NCBI GenBank assembly: GCA_013265495.1
Contig: MU061579.1
Location: 3,221,319 to 3,285,318, forward strand
Origin: Vicugna vicugna
Lineage: Eukaryota
Direction of reading: 5' to 3'
Length of the DNA stretch: 64,000 bases
Shown: in pieces, positions 12,096-25,043 of the stretch
How positions within the stretch are numbered: position 1 is the first letter of the stretch
How the letters are laid out: each line of letters opens with the position of its first letter
Notes under the pieces: generated by a model
Database searches by the model: none
What the model was told of the DNA's origin: nothing
The model's input: the letters and a program-made list of their open reading frames with translations, nothing else
Program-made: the position numbers and the translations under genes

Positions 12096-12531
12096 AGCTG
12101 AAGAATCTTCATCTTTTATATACATACTCAAAACATAATTTATGAGGTGTAAATTGTATGACAGGAAGCATGCTAAGAATTTTCCCCTAAATTATTTGAT
12201 TTAATCCTCACAATGTGTCTATTAAATAAATATTATAGACATTTCATAAATGAGGATGCATCTATCCAAAATGATTAACTAGTTTATCCAGTAAAACAAA
12301 ATGAGTTTAAGTCAGCCAGAATTTGAACCAAGAGCTGCCAGACACCAAAACTCAGACTTCTAATTACTCTGATTCTTATTAATGTGACAAGAAACATACA
12401 CTCACATGAAGATTCTTATAAGTTAACTCAGGTCTAAATATGAATTAACGAATTAATTGTTGAATTAATTTTTGAGTATGTCAATAGATTTAACAATAAT
12501 GTCATATATAAGGGTGCCATGATTACAATTA

Positions 12532-12553
12532 TACACACACACACACACACACA
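12532..12553. repeat. (CA)n microsatellite
   Basis: About 10 perfect CA units. Confidence 0.9.
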
Positions 12554-15471
12554 TACTGGCTATTGTTGCCTACAGGTTTTATTTTAGAAAAATAATATTA
12601 TTTCAAAGCAGCTATATAAATTCACCAATGAATTTTTGTAATTAAATCTAATTTTTAAAGATTTTAGAAAGCATTCAAGCATTCTTCTTGAACTTTCTTT
12701 CTAGTGAAGTGTTAAGTATAAAATTCAAAGAATCTTTATGGTTTTCTACTTTTTAAAATTTATTTTCTCATTTTCTCTACCTCTATTTCATACTTCTATT
12801 TTCGTATAGGCACATTAGAATAGTAAATTTATTTTAGAAAATAGAACACATATGGTACTTACGGAAAGCGGTCTCCTAATTCAATTGCTCTCAATTATGT
12901 ATGTTCCTTGTGTCTCCAGGAGCAAGTCATTCTCTGATTGGCTAGTGTTGCCAAAGCATTTTAGATAATACTCATTCATGATCACGGCAGCTTGTGCACG
13001 AGCACAAGGAAAAGGAGAGTTTTAAATAACTTTTCCTCCCGTAAATGATCATGTTGTTTGTCTCCACTGGTTTCACTCACTTTCATCCTTGCAGGCGGCG
13101 GGGCAAATATATTCTCAAGCTTGTCAACCTTTGCCCCGCACGTCAAATATCTCACTCTCTTGTGCTGTCAGTTACACTTTTGTGCCCTTTCAAAATCTAT
13201 AGCGGACCCTCCAGCCTCACGTAGTATGAACACAGTCAACGTCTGTCATTCTTGCTCACAAGACAATGATACTGCTCAAGGGAGGTGGTAACATTGCTGC
13301 TCCTTGGTTGTTACCTGCCTGGAAGGACGCCACTCACAGGGGAGAGTTATGCTGGATTCCATTTGCTTGTCAGCTCTGCCACACCTTTTTCCTCTGGCTA
13401 TGTATTTTGTGATTATGGTTTCATCATTTTCTGTGATTATACTACTGAGAGTCCTTTCGACAGTGACAGTTTCTGTTGGACGTTAATTTTAACCACGGAT
13501 CTGAGTTTGGGAACATGTAATGACAATTTGGAGGAGAATACTGTACTTTTCATGATACACAATTTTCTTATAAATCAGAAGTCCACAGCGTAGCTCAGAA
13601 TGACCCCAAATTATATATTGTGTTTATTTGGGGGGGGTGACAAAACTATGCATGCAATTTTCAGTGAATTAGTGTTAGAGACAGATTTTATGAATGTATT
13701 TCTCCAGTTAATTTTGGTATACACAACTAGCTTTTGGTCAGCTTGTCCTAGATGTACTAAGCAGTCAGCTCTATGAGAGGTCAGGATACTGAACTTGGCA
13801 TCCCCATCCTATATGGTAATATTATATACTCTGATACTCTAATTTTTAGAAACTCTATCAAAATTTAAAGGGGAGAGGTCAGAACTTTTCCAGTTAAATC
13901 ATTTTTAGATGATTAGAGGCTGACTCTGAATAAAACAGAAATTATTTTCGAATGTTTATGTCATGACACATAATTTGTAAATATGGTGCTAGTAGTGGCA
14001 CTGCTGTTTTATAGACATGTAATATGAAAAGATGTTTTTATCACCTACACAAATCCTAAAAGTTCTATGTTCAAAAATAGTAACAAAAGAATGGCAGAAG
14101 GAAAAGTCCATTTCATGTGTCAATAAGCACCTACAATTCTTTCCCAGACCCAGCACTTTTGTCTGTCTTTTTTATTTACTTATTTACTAACTTACTTGGC
14201 TTCTTTTCTTCATGATCCTCTTTCGCAAACTGTAAGCGTATTAAGCAGTAGGGTTTCATAGAAAGATTACACCTTAACATTATTGCCTCAAAGCTGGATC
14301 CCTTTTTTATAATTGATACATTTTAGTGGAACTTACAGCTTAAAACTATTTCAATATTCCTTCCTGCTATAGAGCACAAAGAGATCCTCATGGTTGGAAA
14401 ACCTGAGACCTTAAAATCCTGCAGTCTATTTCCTTTCAGTCTTTTCTAGCAAAGTAAATAAATGCCATCTGAACTAATCTGTTCCACATAATAATGTGCT
14501 ATCAGTAGTAAAGAGCAAACAATGTACACTAACATGCTGGCTTTCCAACCACCACCACAAAGATACAGACTCAACAGGTACTGGTTCCACCTTCCAAAGT
14601 AATGGACGTGACAGGTCTACTTCATCATTCCCAGTAGCACCACCTAATTCCTGGCTGCCTGCCTCTCAACTACCTACCCATTGCCACTCAAATTTAAGTT
14701 ATTTTTTTCAATGTCCTTTCAAATTACCAATTTCTATGTTAGTTAGTGTAGTACTAGTTTCTGCAATGAAGAAAACATCAGTGGAAGATTATTTCTTTCT
14801 GTTGTTCCTGGCCAGTAGTTGTTTTTCAGTTACAAAAAGATCGGAGGAAACAGGCTACTTCTATGTCACATCTCATCCACCACTGTCATCACAAGCAATC
14901 TGTCAAGAAAGAGAGCGAGGTGAAATCACACATCATTAAGTGCCTTAACCTAGAAATGTTTCATTTCACATCATCTTTCGTCTCATTGGCAATAACACTG
15001 CATCTGATCCACTGACACCCAAAGGCTGAGAAATATAGAATCAAACTGGGCAGCTCTTTCAAGGTCATATTGTTGCACTATGAATAGGGTGGGCAAAATG
15101 TTAATAAATATGTAACTTTTTTTAGGAGATATGTGTGAGAGGGCAGACATGGGTGTGAAAGGAGTGCTGTACTTTGTGTTGGTCTGGGAAGAACTGAGAG
15201 CATATTACATATACTCTTTGAAAAAAAGAAAAAACTTTGAGCATATTACTTTTCCACATAAACAAAAATATTTAAGGAAGGGAAATAATAGTAACAGCTT
15301 CATAGAGTTGTTGTGAAAATTAAATGGGTTTATGCAACAATTTTACATATATGAGTTATGATTCTTTGCTTTTATTCCTTTTTTATTACTATCAATGAAA
15401 GTCGAAGCTGTAGCATATATATGTATATAAAAAGAATGATCTTAATATTCTGAAGATTATTATACAATAAT

Positions 15472-15555
15472 ATTAGGTCAAACTGTATGAAATTGTCATT
15501 TTTATAGGTTAAAAAGTTCAGATATCAGCAAATCCTTTCAATCAGATCAAATATG
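15472..15555 (+). mobile_element. MADE2-like mariner-derived miniature element
   Basis: attaggtcaaactgtatgaaattgtcatttttataggttaaaaagttcagatatcagcaa resembles the ~80-bp MADE2 consensus. The right terminal inverted repeat is degraded. Confidence 0.65.
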
Positions 15556-15559
15556 AAAG

Positions 15560-16153
15560 GAAGGATATTTTGGTTCCAAGATCTTCACCCATTGGTGTTA
15601 CTACTGTAAATGCGTAAATGAGTTAGTTCACAGAACGAAAGGACTTTGAAGATGGAATTAAAGTTGCTAATCATCTGACCTTAAAATGAGAAGATTATCT
15701 TGGATTATGTATGGCTCAATATAAGCATGCAGGCCCTTAAAACCTGAGGGGAAAAATGCAAGTGTCAGTGAGAGAGAAGTGGCAAAAGAGAAAGCAGAAC
15801 ACAAAGGCATGGGAAGAACTCAACTCACCTTCTCTGGGTTTGAAGACGAAGGAGCTAGGCACGAAAAAATACAGGTGGCCTCTGGAAGCTAAGAACAATG
15901 CCTAGCAGACCGACAGTAAGAAAACTGGGATCTCAGTCCTACATCCACAATGAATTAAATTCTGCCAGCAACCTACTTGAGCACAGAAGTAGATCCTAAA
16001 GTCTCCAGTAAAGAGCTCACCTCTGCTGGCCTAGTGATAGTTGCCCAATGAGATTCATGTCAAACTCTGCCCTACAACTGTGAGATTATAGATTTGTGTT
16101 GCTTTAAATTGTGAAGTTTATAATTTTTTAGAGCAGTAATAGAAAATTAACAC
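15560..16153 (+). mobile_element. MLT1D-like MaLR solo LTR
   Basis: Diagnostic blocks: aaaggactttgaagatggaattaaagttgctaatcatctgaccttaaaatgagaagattatcttggattat, ggcctctggaagctaagaac, ctcagtcctaca, and terminus gcagtaatagaaaattaacaca. Confidence 0.85.
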
Positions 16154-16179
16154 ATCGACTTTTACAATAAATTCTTAGA

Positions 16180-16920
16180 CTAACCACTTATTCTAGTCTT
16201 TCTTCTGTAATGGTCATTTAACCCTTCTCCCTTGCTCTGCCACCCAGTCAAAGCTATTTTCCGTAAGGTAGGCTGAGCAATCCCTTAAAATATGAATCAA
16301 CTGTTGTCATTGTCCTGCTGTAGCCTCTCCAATGGCTTCTCATCATAGTTTTACTTAAATCTAAAATTCTCTTTGGCATCTATAAAGCCTCATAATTTTC
16401 CACCAACTAAGTTTTTTCCATAAGGTGACTCAAACATTAGAGACTTCTTCCTGCTCCTCAAGCATGCCAAGCACATTTCCATCTCAAGAAATTTTTATGT
16501 GTTCTTCCCTTTACCTGCAGAGTTCTTTCTTCAATATTGGGATGCTGCTAATTCATACCTGCAAAAATTGAACCAACACCTGGTGTTTGTAAGACTCAGG
16601 GCTGGATAGTCTCTTCCTTGATTCTTCAACTGGCTTAGTCCCCATCTCTCTCTAAAACTCTAAAAAGCAATGACTTCTTCCAGAAAACATTACTTAAAAC
16701 CTGCTCACTTTTCACCTAATACTTGGTTATATGCTTCTGATAGTTCCTCCTGACAGCATTTTGCTTATGCAAATTGAGCTCTATTTAATTTGTCTATATG
16801 TCTAGCCCGCCCTCAAGTCCTCATGGGAAGTCACTGTATCTTACTCACCTTTGAATCCACAGAATCTAGAATGGTACCAGGGACATAAAGTAAGGTCAGT
16901 CAGTATTTGTTAAATGCTGA
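16180..16920 (+). mobile_element. LINE2 (L2) 3' fragments
   Basis: ctctccaatggcttctcatc, ttcctgctcctcaagcatgccaagcac, and a 3' tail agaatctagaatggtaccagggacata..tatttgttaaatg. Confidence 0.6.
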
Positions 16921-18079
16921 TTCAAATCACAAAACTGAAAAACCATTACTTAGCTCTGGCCATTGCAGCTGCTGAATTTGTTTTACTAAATATACGTAGA
17001 GATATAAAATTCCTCTAAAAAGCTTACTAGCCTGTTGGCTTAAGGTGTAGTTCTAATATCCAAAGAGTTAACAGAGTCTTCCTGGCCACTCTTTGTTGAA
17101 CACATACTCTAGTAATTATTTGATCACTGATTCTAATATACAACTAAAAATCTTAAGTTGTGATTTCTAGACAATCAAGTGCTCTGTGAAATACACACAT
17201 GTGTTAAACACTTTAATAGGTATTAAACAGTTCCTTTAATGTTGCTATCATTACCTCAATAAGGAATTTCATTAATGGATTCTGCTCCTTGTTTTTTTTA
17301 TAAATTCAAAACATGTCAGTCACTCTTTTAATACCCATAACTTCTTACCACTCTTTGTCATCACTATCGTTTCAGTGTCTATAAACATTCACTTAGATTT
17401 AGTAGAATTTTTTTTTAAGAAAATGCTTTTAGAAGGACAGATTTGATGGTATCTTTAAAAATTTAAAAGGCCACACTTTTTGAGCAACTAATTTCCCTTC
17501 TAAGGATGTTGTCCACAGTAATACTCACCAGAGGTTATTTATCTGTTTTGTAAGATGCTAGTTTGTGTGCCTTTTCTAGAGCTCTTTCATCTAGCAACTA
17601 CTCTGATTTGGTGGTTCCTGCTCTGCTGGTTAAAAGTTTTTACTACCGTATGTATCCTAAGTTGTTTGCAAAAGAATACTCTTTGCTACATTGCTCATAA
17701 TAGAAAAATTATATATCCTAAATACGAGCTGAAGAAAATTGAATAAACCACTGCATATGATTGTTATGAACTACTGTGTAGATATTTTGAGCTATTTTAA
17801 GCTCTACTGCTAACTTGGAATTTTCAGGCATACCAGGAGATGGGAAAAGACAGAACTAAACACAGAGGATGATTTCAATTTGCATTGAAAGGCTAAATCA
17901 CCAAGCAGAAATATATCATTTTAGGTACATTCAAAATCAAAGTAAAGAAAAGAACAGAATTCTTATTTCTCTACTCTGGAAAGGAGAATGCAGTGATTCT
18001 AATCAGGTAAAGAGTAAATTTGGTGCCTTATTTTATGGTTGAGGTGTTACTTGAATCTTGTCTAACTGCAGTATCAATA

Positions 18080-18318
18080 GCAACAGTAGCTAACATTTAG
18101 GGGTGGCTTACTTAGTGACAAGCTTTTCCAAATTCCAAATGTTAACTCATTTGATTTTCATAAAAATTCTATCAGACATCTACTATTATTTCCCTTTAGT
18201 ATATAAAGAAACTGAGGCACAGAGAAGTTAAGTAACTCATCTGATGTCCACAAAGCAAGCGTTTCCAAAGGATATGAACTCAAGAGGTATGGCCCTGAGT
18301 CTGCTTAATCATGACATT
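18080..18318 (-). mobile_element. MIR SINE
   Basis: MIR core gaaactgaggcacagagaagttaagtaact with typical flanks. Confidence 0.85.
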
Positions 18319-20784
18319 TCCTTCAGTACTTGTATAATTATTTTAACGCTTGAATATATTTCAGAAATGTCAGGAAAACAGCATTAATCTTACCATCATC
18401 TAATATTGCAATTTAAAAAAAAATACCATATAATAGGATTGCACTCATGTGATTATTGTTTGCCCTACTTTGTTTAAACACAGCTTTGTGCCCATTCTTG
18501 ACAGTAATAGTGTTTAATTGGAATTCTTTTTAATTCAACCTCTGTTGCTCTTACCAACCAACCTGCTACTTATGCAAATACTTTTTAATGCAAGTATAAA
18601 ATTGTTACTATCTGCTTTCATAGTACTTTTCCTTCAGAATTACAGCATTTTAGATATAGATTACCACAAGAATCACTGCTTTTCAAAACATCTATTTTAA
18701 ATAGTACTTTCAGCATATTCCAAATTGGAGTCTTTGATAACACGAAATCCATACAGATCTTTCTAAGATTTTGTAATTGTCTCCAAATTCCCTCACCTTG
18801 GCTTTGAATTCCTGCTTTCCTGGTAGACTCCCTGCTCCAGTCAGATTCACTTGACTGATCTTGCCTCCCGATCACTTGCTCACTGCTACCTGAGACTAAT
18901 TCAAGAAACAGATGGTGTCTGAGAGACAGCACTAGACACCATTGTGTATGTGATTTTTACTCACTTGATATTCTTCTGTCTTCCTCTTTAAAAGCCAGCT
19001 CTCTTTCAAATTTCTCCTAGTTTTTTTTTTTTTTCTTTTTTTAATCAGATGTTTCTAACTATCACACTCCCTTGTCGTCTCTGGCCTTCAGGAGTGTGGT
19101 TTTCACCTTGCATATCTGCACTTGTTTGCACTCTGTTCCATGAGCATGTGGAGAAGGCTGAGGAGCCCACAGTCTCTACATACAGCTAGTTCATATGTTG
19201 TTAAAAAGTAAAGACTTTATCTTACACATTTAAAACATGACTTTTCCACATGGTTCCAGAGAGTAGTGGGAAATCAATAAATGATAGTTCACTGTCTTAC
19301 GAAGTGAGATTGAAATGGGATAAATAAAAAGGAAGAAAAAGTATAATACACAATAGAGTAAAATAGGCAGAAACGCAAGAGGGAAAAATGGAATAGAACT
19401 CAAAACAGAAAAGGAGATTAAATAAAGGGGGTGAATGACACAATCCTGAAAACAAACAATCTACACCCTTAGCTAAGTAAGAGTAAATACAAACTATGAA
19501 GAGATTTCTACTCTGCATGACTATGAGTCACACAAATTTTAAAGATTCTGCCTCTTATTTTACATAGGTAGGTAGCATAGTCAGTTAAACTTCATAAGTG
19601 AATACCAATTTCCAAGTTCTAAAAGAAGAGGTGGAATCCTACACATAAATTTCTTACTATCCTCAAAGAAATATTATGCCATTTAAAATGTACTTGAATG
19701 TACTTCTGAGCTGAATAAACTTATGTGGTGCCAAAGTCAAGCTAAGATATACTCAAAATTTAATTTAGAGGCTAATTTAATAACTCAGCATGTCATCCTT
19801 AGGCTTACAGATTTACTTCATTATCAAAACCCCATAGGATATTTTGTAATCAAGTAAACAAATTTTAGGAATTATTAAAACACCTAAGAAGACTAGGAGA
19901 ATCTATCATATCTAGATCAGTTCATTTTTGCTACAGTGTTTATGTCAACTTTGCTACTGCATGTTTTATTGATAAAGCAACAGATATAAAGCAAGTTGAA
20001 GACAGATTTATTATAAAAGATTCAAATTTACATTGAAATACTGATAGTAACTGCATAACATACAAAAAATAGTTTTTTGAAAAACTAAGAACAGAAAACA
20101 GTTAGTTGGCTAAAATAAGCAGTACACCTTTAAACAAATTTTATTTTTTACACCCTCCTATTAACCAGATATTATATAGAAGGAATCAGCTTCTTACTCA
20201 AATTTCTACCTGGATATGCCATTACCACCTGGATATGCCTTAAGAACATCAAAATTAACATTTTGAAAACAATGATTATCTCTTTAATCTTAACTATGAC
20301 CTCTTCATGGATTTTCTATTTTAATTAATTAAATGATCATTCTTCCTGTCAGCCAAGCCATTAACCTGGAATTTATGAAAACCTTTAACACTATTTATTT
20401 ATTATACTTATTTTTCTTACTTTTCCTTAGAGCTTTTTAAATTTTGTTTTTATTTTTTAAAGATTTGGTCCATATTGAGAATTAATCAGAAATTTCAATG
20501 TGAAAAATGGACTCTCAAAACCGCTCTCAAAATAGTAGAGTGAATCTCCTCATTAGTACGGCCATCTCTGTTGGCAAACATTCATCAGAATTGCAGGCCT
20601 AATGTCCCCAGTTTTACAAGGATCTTCTAATGTGTCCCCAGCTAATCAATGCTCTCAGTTTAGCAGCAAACACCCTCAGAGGTGAGATACTAAATGTGTG
20701 TAGCAATTAACTCACTCATTGAATGTGATTCTGGGTTTGGCCCTCAGCATCTTAATTCTGAACCTATAGGAGATAACGATTTCT

Positions 20785-21765
20785 TTCAAGGAAGAAATAG
20801 TAAAATGGTGGAGCAGAGACATAAATTTGGGAAAGAATTGATAAACCAAAGGGAATCGACTTGACAATTTTGAAAATCATCTCCAGATGGCAAAAGATGC
20901 TAAAATTAAGAGATTTATTGTCACAATACCATGCTCAAGGGAAAAGGTCAAAAGCGTGACTATACAATCTGAATATTTAGTCACACAAAGGGCTCTTTTA
21001 AGAGATTAAGGATATACATCCTGGAACCTATCAATTGAATCTTGGGGATCTCGAAGTCGTGGGAGTACTGTTCCTGAACCATCCTAATAGAAGGCCAGTG
21101 TAAAGATCCAATGGAGTAAAAACTGGTAAAATCCATGGAAGGTCCAAAAAGCATTTCAGAAAATTGTTTCAGCAGAAACACTGCCAGTTTGGACTCAAAA
21201 GGACAGAAAGAGTACAATTAACATGTATCCAAAATTCTACTGACAAGAAGAAAGTTGATTACAATTATTCGGCAGCAAAACTGTATTGTCTTTCATGAAA
21301 GAGAAACAATGAATGAGAAGGTAGGAGCAAGATTCTAGAAGAAGGATCCGAGAACCACTGAGAACTACTGAGGTCTCAGGACTTAATCAAGCAACCCCTA
21401 ACTTTTGTCAGGTTAGATTTCAGAGCTTCAATAACTAGTGACCCTTTCTTGCCTCCTATTTGCCCCTTCTTTTGGATTGGAATTTAGAATGCCTTTCTCC
21501 TAGACCTATTCCACCAATGTATGTCAGGTTTGTTGGGGGCAATTACCTTGTCCTTTTAATTTCACAGATCACAGAAGGAGAGATTTTGGTGCAGGAGCAG
21601 TACTTAATAGATTATAGCCTAAAGCCTCATCTGCACACCTGTACTTGATTTATATTATGTGATCATACATATTGAGCAGATGCTGAAAGGGTAAGAAACT
21701 TTGGGAAACTTGGGGCGGGGTGAATATTAGGAGGGATGTGAATCACTGGGGACCAGAAAAAGTGC
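20785..21765 (+). mobile_element. MaLR (MLT1) internal region fragment
   Basis: Motifs typical of MLT1-int (ctccagatggcaaaagatgctaaaattaagagatt, agattcagagcttc..gtgacc, gggtgaatat..gggatgtgaatcactgggg). Directly abuts an MLT1 LTR. Confidence 0.65.
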
Positions 21766-22215
21766 TGTGAAAGACACACTCAAAGGTAATGTCCAATGAC
21801 TAAGGCCCTTGTGTAATCTCTCCACTTGAGTACTGGTAGATGTGCCAAATTGATAGGCAAATTCTCTCATAATTATGTTACATTAAATAAAACTCTGACT
21901 TAGCCTTCTGACATAGACTTGCCCTCCTACTATCCCTTCTGCCTTGAAAAATCCAACTTCCATGATGTGGAGAAGGCCACATGGCAGGGAACTGTGGGCA
22001 GCTTCTATGAGCTGAGGGCTTCAGTTCTGCAGATACAAGGAACTGAGTTCTGCCAAAAACCATGTGAACTTAGAAGATGACTCTGAGCCTCAGAAAGACT
22101 GCAGCCCCAGCCAACACCTTGACTGTAGCCTTGTGAGTCCCTTAGCAAAGGACCAGCAAAGCCGTGCCTGGAGTCCTATTCCACAGAAATTGTGAGATCA
22201 TAAATGTCTGTTTTA
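21766..22215 (+). mobile_element. MLT1E-like MaLR 3' LTR
   Basis: ggccacatggcagggaactgtgggcagcttcta, aaggaactgagttctgccaaaaaccatgtga, ccagccaacaccttgactgtagccttgtgag, cacagaaattgtgagatcataaatg. Confidence 0.85.
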
Positions 22216-23094
22216 AAAAATTAATACCATAGCCACTCCAATTTAGGCAATACAACAAGAGTTTTGGATCAAGTAGATCATCTCCAAAGTAAAATCTGCC
22301 TGTAAAACTCATGATTTGGATAATGTGGACAATATAGTGCCAAGTACCAAATAAATTAATAGGTCATCCTTCAAATGCATTGGCTTCCAGGGTGTCTATT
22401 TAGGCTGTATCAGAACAAAGATTTTCCGTAATAACAAGATATAGATATGTTACCTGAGTTCCATATCAATTACAGATGAATACAAAATACATTTATAACT
22501 CTTAACTTGCACGTGAAACATGCATGGCAACTGAAAGAATCAAGCTAATCACATCACAGCCTGAAGAAATTTTCATGAGAACAACTTATATGTGTATCAT
22601 TCCTTGTGCTTAATGCAGGCATTTGCAAGAAAATGGAGTCTTTTAATGTCATTCCAGTGATTGCCAATGAGTATAAAATTAGGCTAGAAATGACCTAATT
22701 TAGAAAGCATGCTTGTAAATTATTGCATAGTTTTTTTTAATATTTTACTTGATTTTCTTACATATCACTGTTATTTTTTCTTTATAGTAAGCAATTGCTT
22801 CTATAAAATAACCCTGAAAACCAGGCATGATTCTACATATTTACAAATTAAAATCAACTTTCTGAGAAAAAGGTAATGTAAGAAAGAAGGACAAATAGCT
22901 TTTCTTCATGAAGTTTCAAAAAAATTCATATTCTTCTTACAAATTCTCCAAAAACATTGTGTAATTTTCTTATATATAATAAACTTTATATAAATAAATG
23001 AATTAATATGATATATATAGGCATTTCAGTAAAAAATGATGTTATGTAACCAAAGAGATCATGGTGCCATAAAATAACAACCAAAAAAGCTCAC

Positions 23095-24085
23095 TTTTTT
23101 TTTAATTGAAGTATAGTCTATTTACAATGTTGTGTTAGTTTCTGGTGTACAGCATAGTGATTCAGTTACATGTATATATATATTCCTTTTCATTTTCTTT
23201 TGCACTATAGATTATTACAAGACACTGAATACAGTTTCCTGTGCTATAACAGTAGGACTTTTTTGTTTATCTATTTTATATACAGTAGTTAGTATCTGCA
23301 AATTCTGAACTCCCAATTTATCCCTTCCTACTCCCTTTACCTGCTGGTAACCATAAGTTTGTTTTCTATGTCTCTGAGTCTGTTTCTGTTTCATAAATAA
23401 GATCATGTGCATCATTTTCTTTTTTTTTTTTAAGATTCTACATATAATTGATATCATATGGCATTTTTCTTTCTCTTTCTGGCTTTCACTTACTATGATA
23501 ATCTCTAGGTCCATCCATGTTGCTGCAAATTGCATTGTTCCATTCTTTTTTTGGGTGAGATAGACAGATGGATAGATAGACCACAACTTCTTTATCTAGT
23601 CATCTGTCGATGGACATTTAGGTTGTTTCCATGTCTTGGCTATTGTAAATAGTGCTGCTGTGAATATTGGGGTATGTGTATCTTTTTGAATTATAGTTTT
23701 CTCCAGATATATGCCCAAGTACGGATTGCTGGATCATAGGCTAAGTCTATTTTTAGTTTTTTAGGGAATCTCCATACTGTTTTCCATAATGGCTGCACCA
23801 GCCTACATTCCCACCAACAGTGTAGGAGGGTTCCCTTTTCTCCACAGCCTCTCCAGCATTTATTGTTTGTGGACTTTTGAATGATGGCCATTCTGACTGG
23901 TGTGAGGTGATACCTCATTGTAGTGTTGATTTGCATTTCTCTGATAATTAGTGATATAGAGTATTTTTTCATGTCCTATTGGCAATCTGTATGTCTTCAT
24001 TGGGGAAAAGCCTGTTTAGGTTTTCTGCCCGTTTTTTAAATTTTTTGTGTGTGTGATTGTTCTTGTCGTTGAGCCATATGAGCTG
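23095..24085 (-). mobile_element. 5'-truncated L1 (artiodactyl/camelid type): ORF2 C-terminus, 3'UTR and polyA
   Basis: Translation [47 protein letters not shown] is the L1 ORF2p CCHC region. FAATWMDLEIII also matches. Poly(T) at 23095. Confidence 0.95.
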
Positions 24086-24847
24086 AAACCCCCACATTTT
24101 GATGTCATGTCATACAACTTAAAAAAGTCTTGCACTAGTAGTATTCATTTATATTTAGACTTTTCATATTGTTACTCAAAAAATTAAGATATGAAGTGAT
24201 ACTATTAAAATCTTGGGTGTCTTTGAACACTCCCTCCTGATTCTAATACTGAGCAGTGATGGCATGGATGTGTGACTGTAGAAGGACTCTGGATCTCATG
24301 ATGACTATATTTAAAGTGTCCCTGGAACTAAGAGTCAGGGACTTGACACCCCATGGACCTAAATCCAAATTCCAAGATTCTAAATAGAATTCAAGCTAAA
24401 TGCTATCTTTCAGATAGATACCATAGGATTTTTAGGAATGCACTGAGCATTTTCTTCATGGATGAGAAAATTTAAAATCAAAATAGAGATAATTATGTAG
24501 ACTTTACTTATCATAATATCAAGAAATTTCTGGGTTTCTTAATTAAGACATTCCAGACATAAAATAAGCATGTTAGGAAAGGAAATTAGTAAAAAATTTA
24601 TGAAGAAATAGAAAATTTCAGTAAAATGTATCTGAAAGTAGCTTGAGGATGATTAATATATTGAATTTTGGAGGAAAGCTCAACTATCAAGATGATAGAT
24701 AATTTACCATCCAAATCTTAATATCCTCCTCAATGGTCATCGTACAGTGGAAATTCACTCAAAATATGCTGGATGGCTAAGTAATCTTCTTTTTCTTTTC
24801 TTCTCATTTTCTTTGTATTATATTTTATTATATTTCTTTAGAATATG

Positions 24848-25043
24848 ATCAGGGGTGATTTTGTCCCCTAGAGGACATTTGGTAACATCTGAAGACAGTT
24901 TGGAATGTTACAACTGGGCAAGAGCTGCTGTCATTTAGTGAAGACAAGGGATGCTGCTAAACATTCTACAATGCATAGAACTGCCCTCTACCCCAAAATG
25001 TATGTGGTCCAAAATGTAGTAGTGCCATGGTTGGGAAACCCTG
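24848..25043 (+). mobile_element. MER20 (hAT-Charlie) DNA transposon fossil
   Basis: ggggtgattttgtcccctagaggacatttggtaacatctgaagaca...gggatgctgctaaacattctacaatgcatag...gttgggaaaccctg. Confidence 0.9.

Noticed and set aside
14496..14939. 147-aa ORF, the longest in the window
   Set aside because: GTG start, no recognisable homology, and it appears to overlap degraded LTR-like sequence.
20208..20239. Direct repeat acctggatatgcc x2
   Set aside because: Small local slippage duplication within degraded repeat sequence, with no functional evidence.
23215..23972. 123-aa and 93-aa minus-strand ORFs
   Set aside because: L1 ORF2 C-terminal remnants in a ~1-kb truncated copy.
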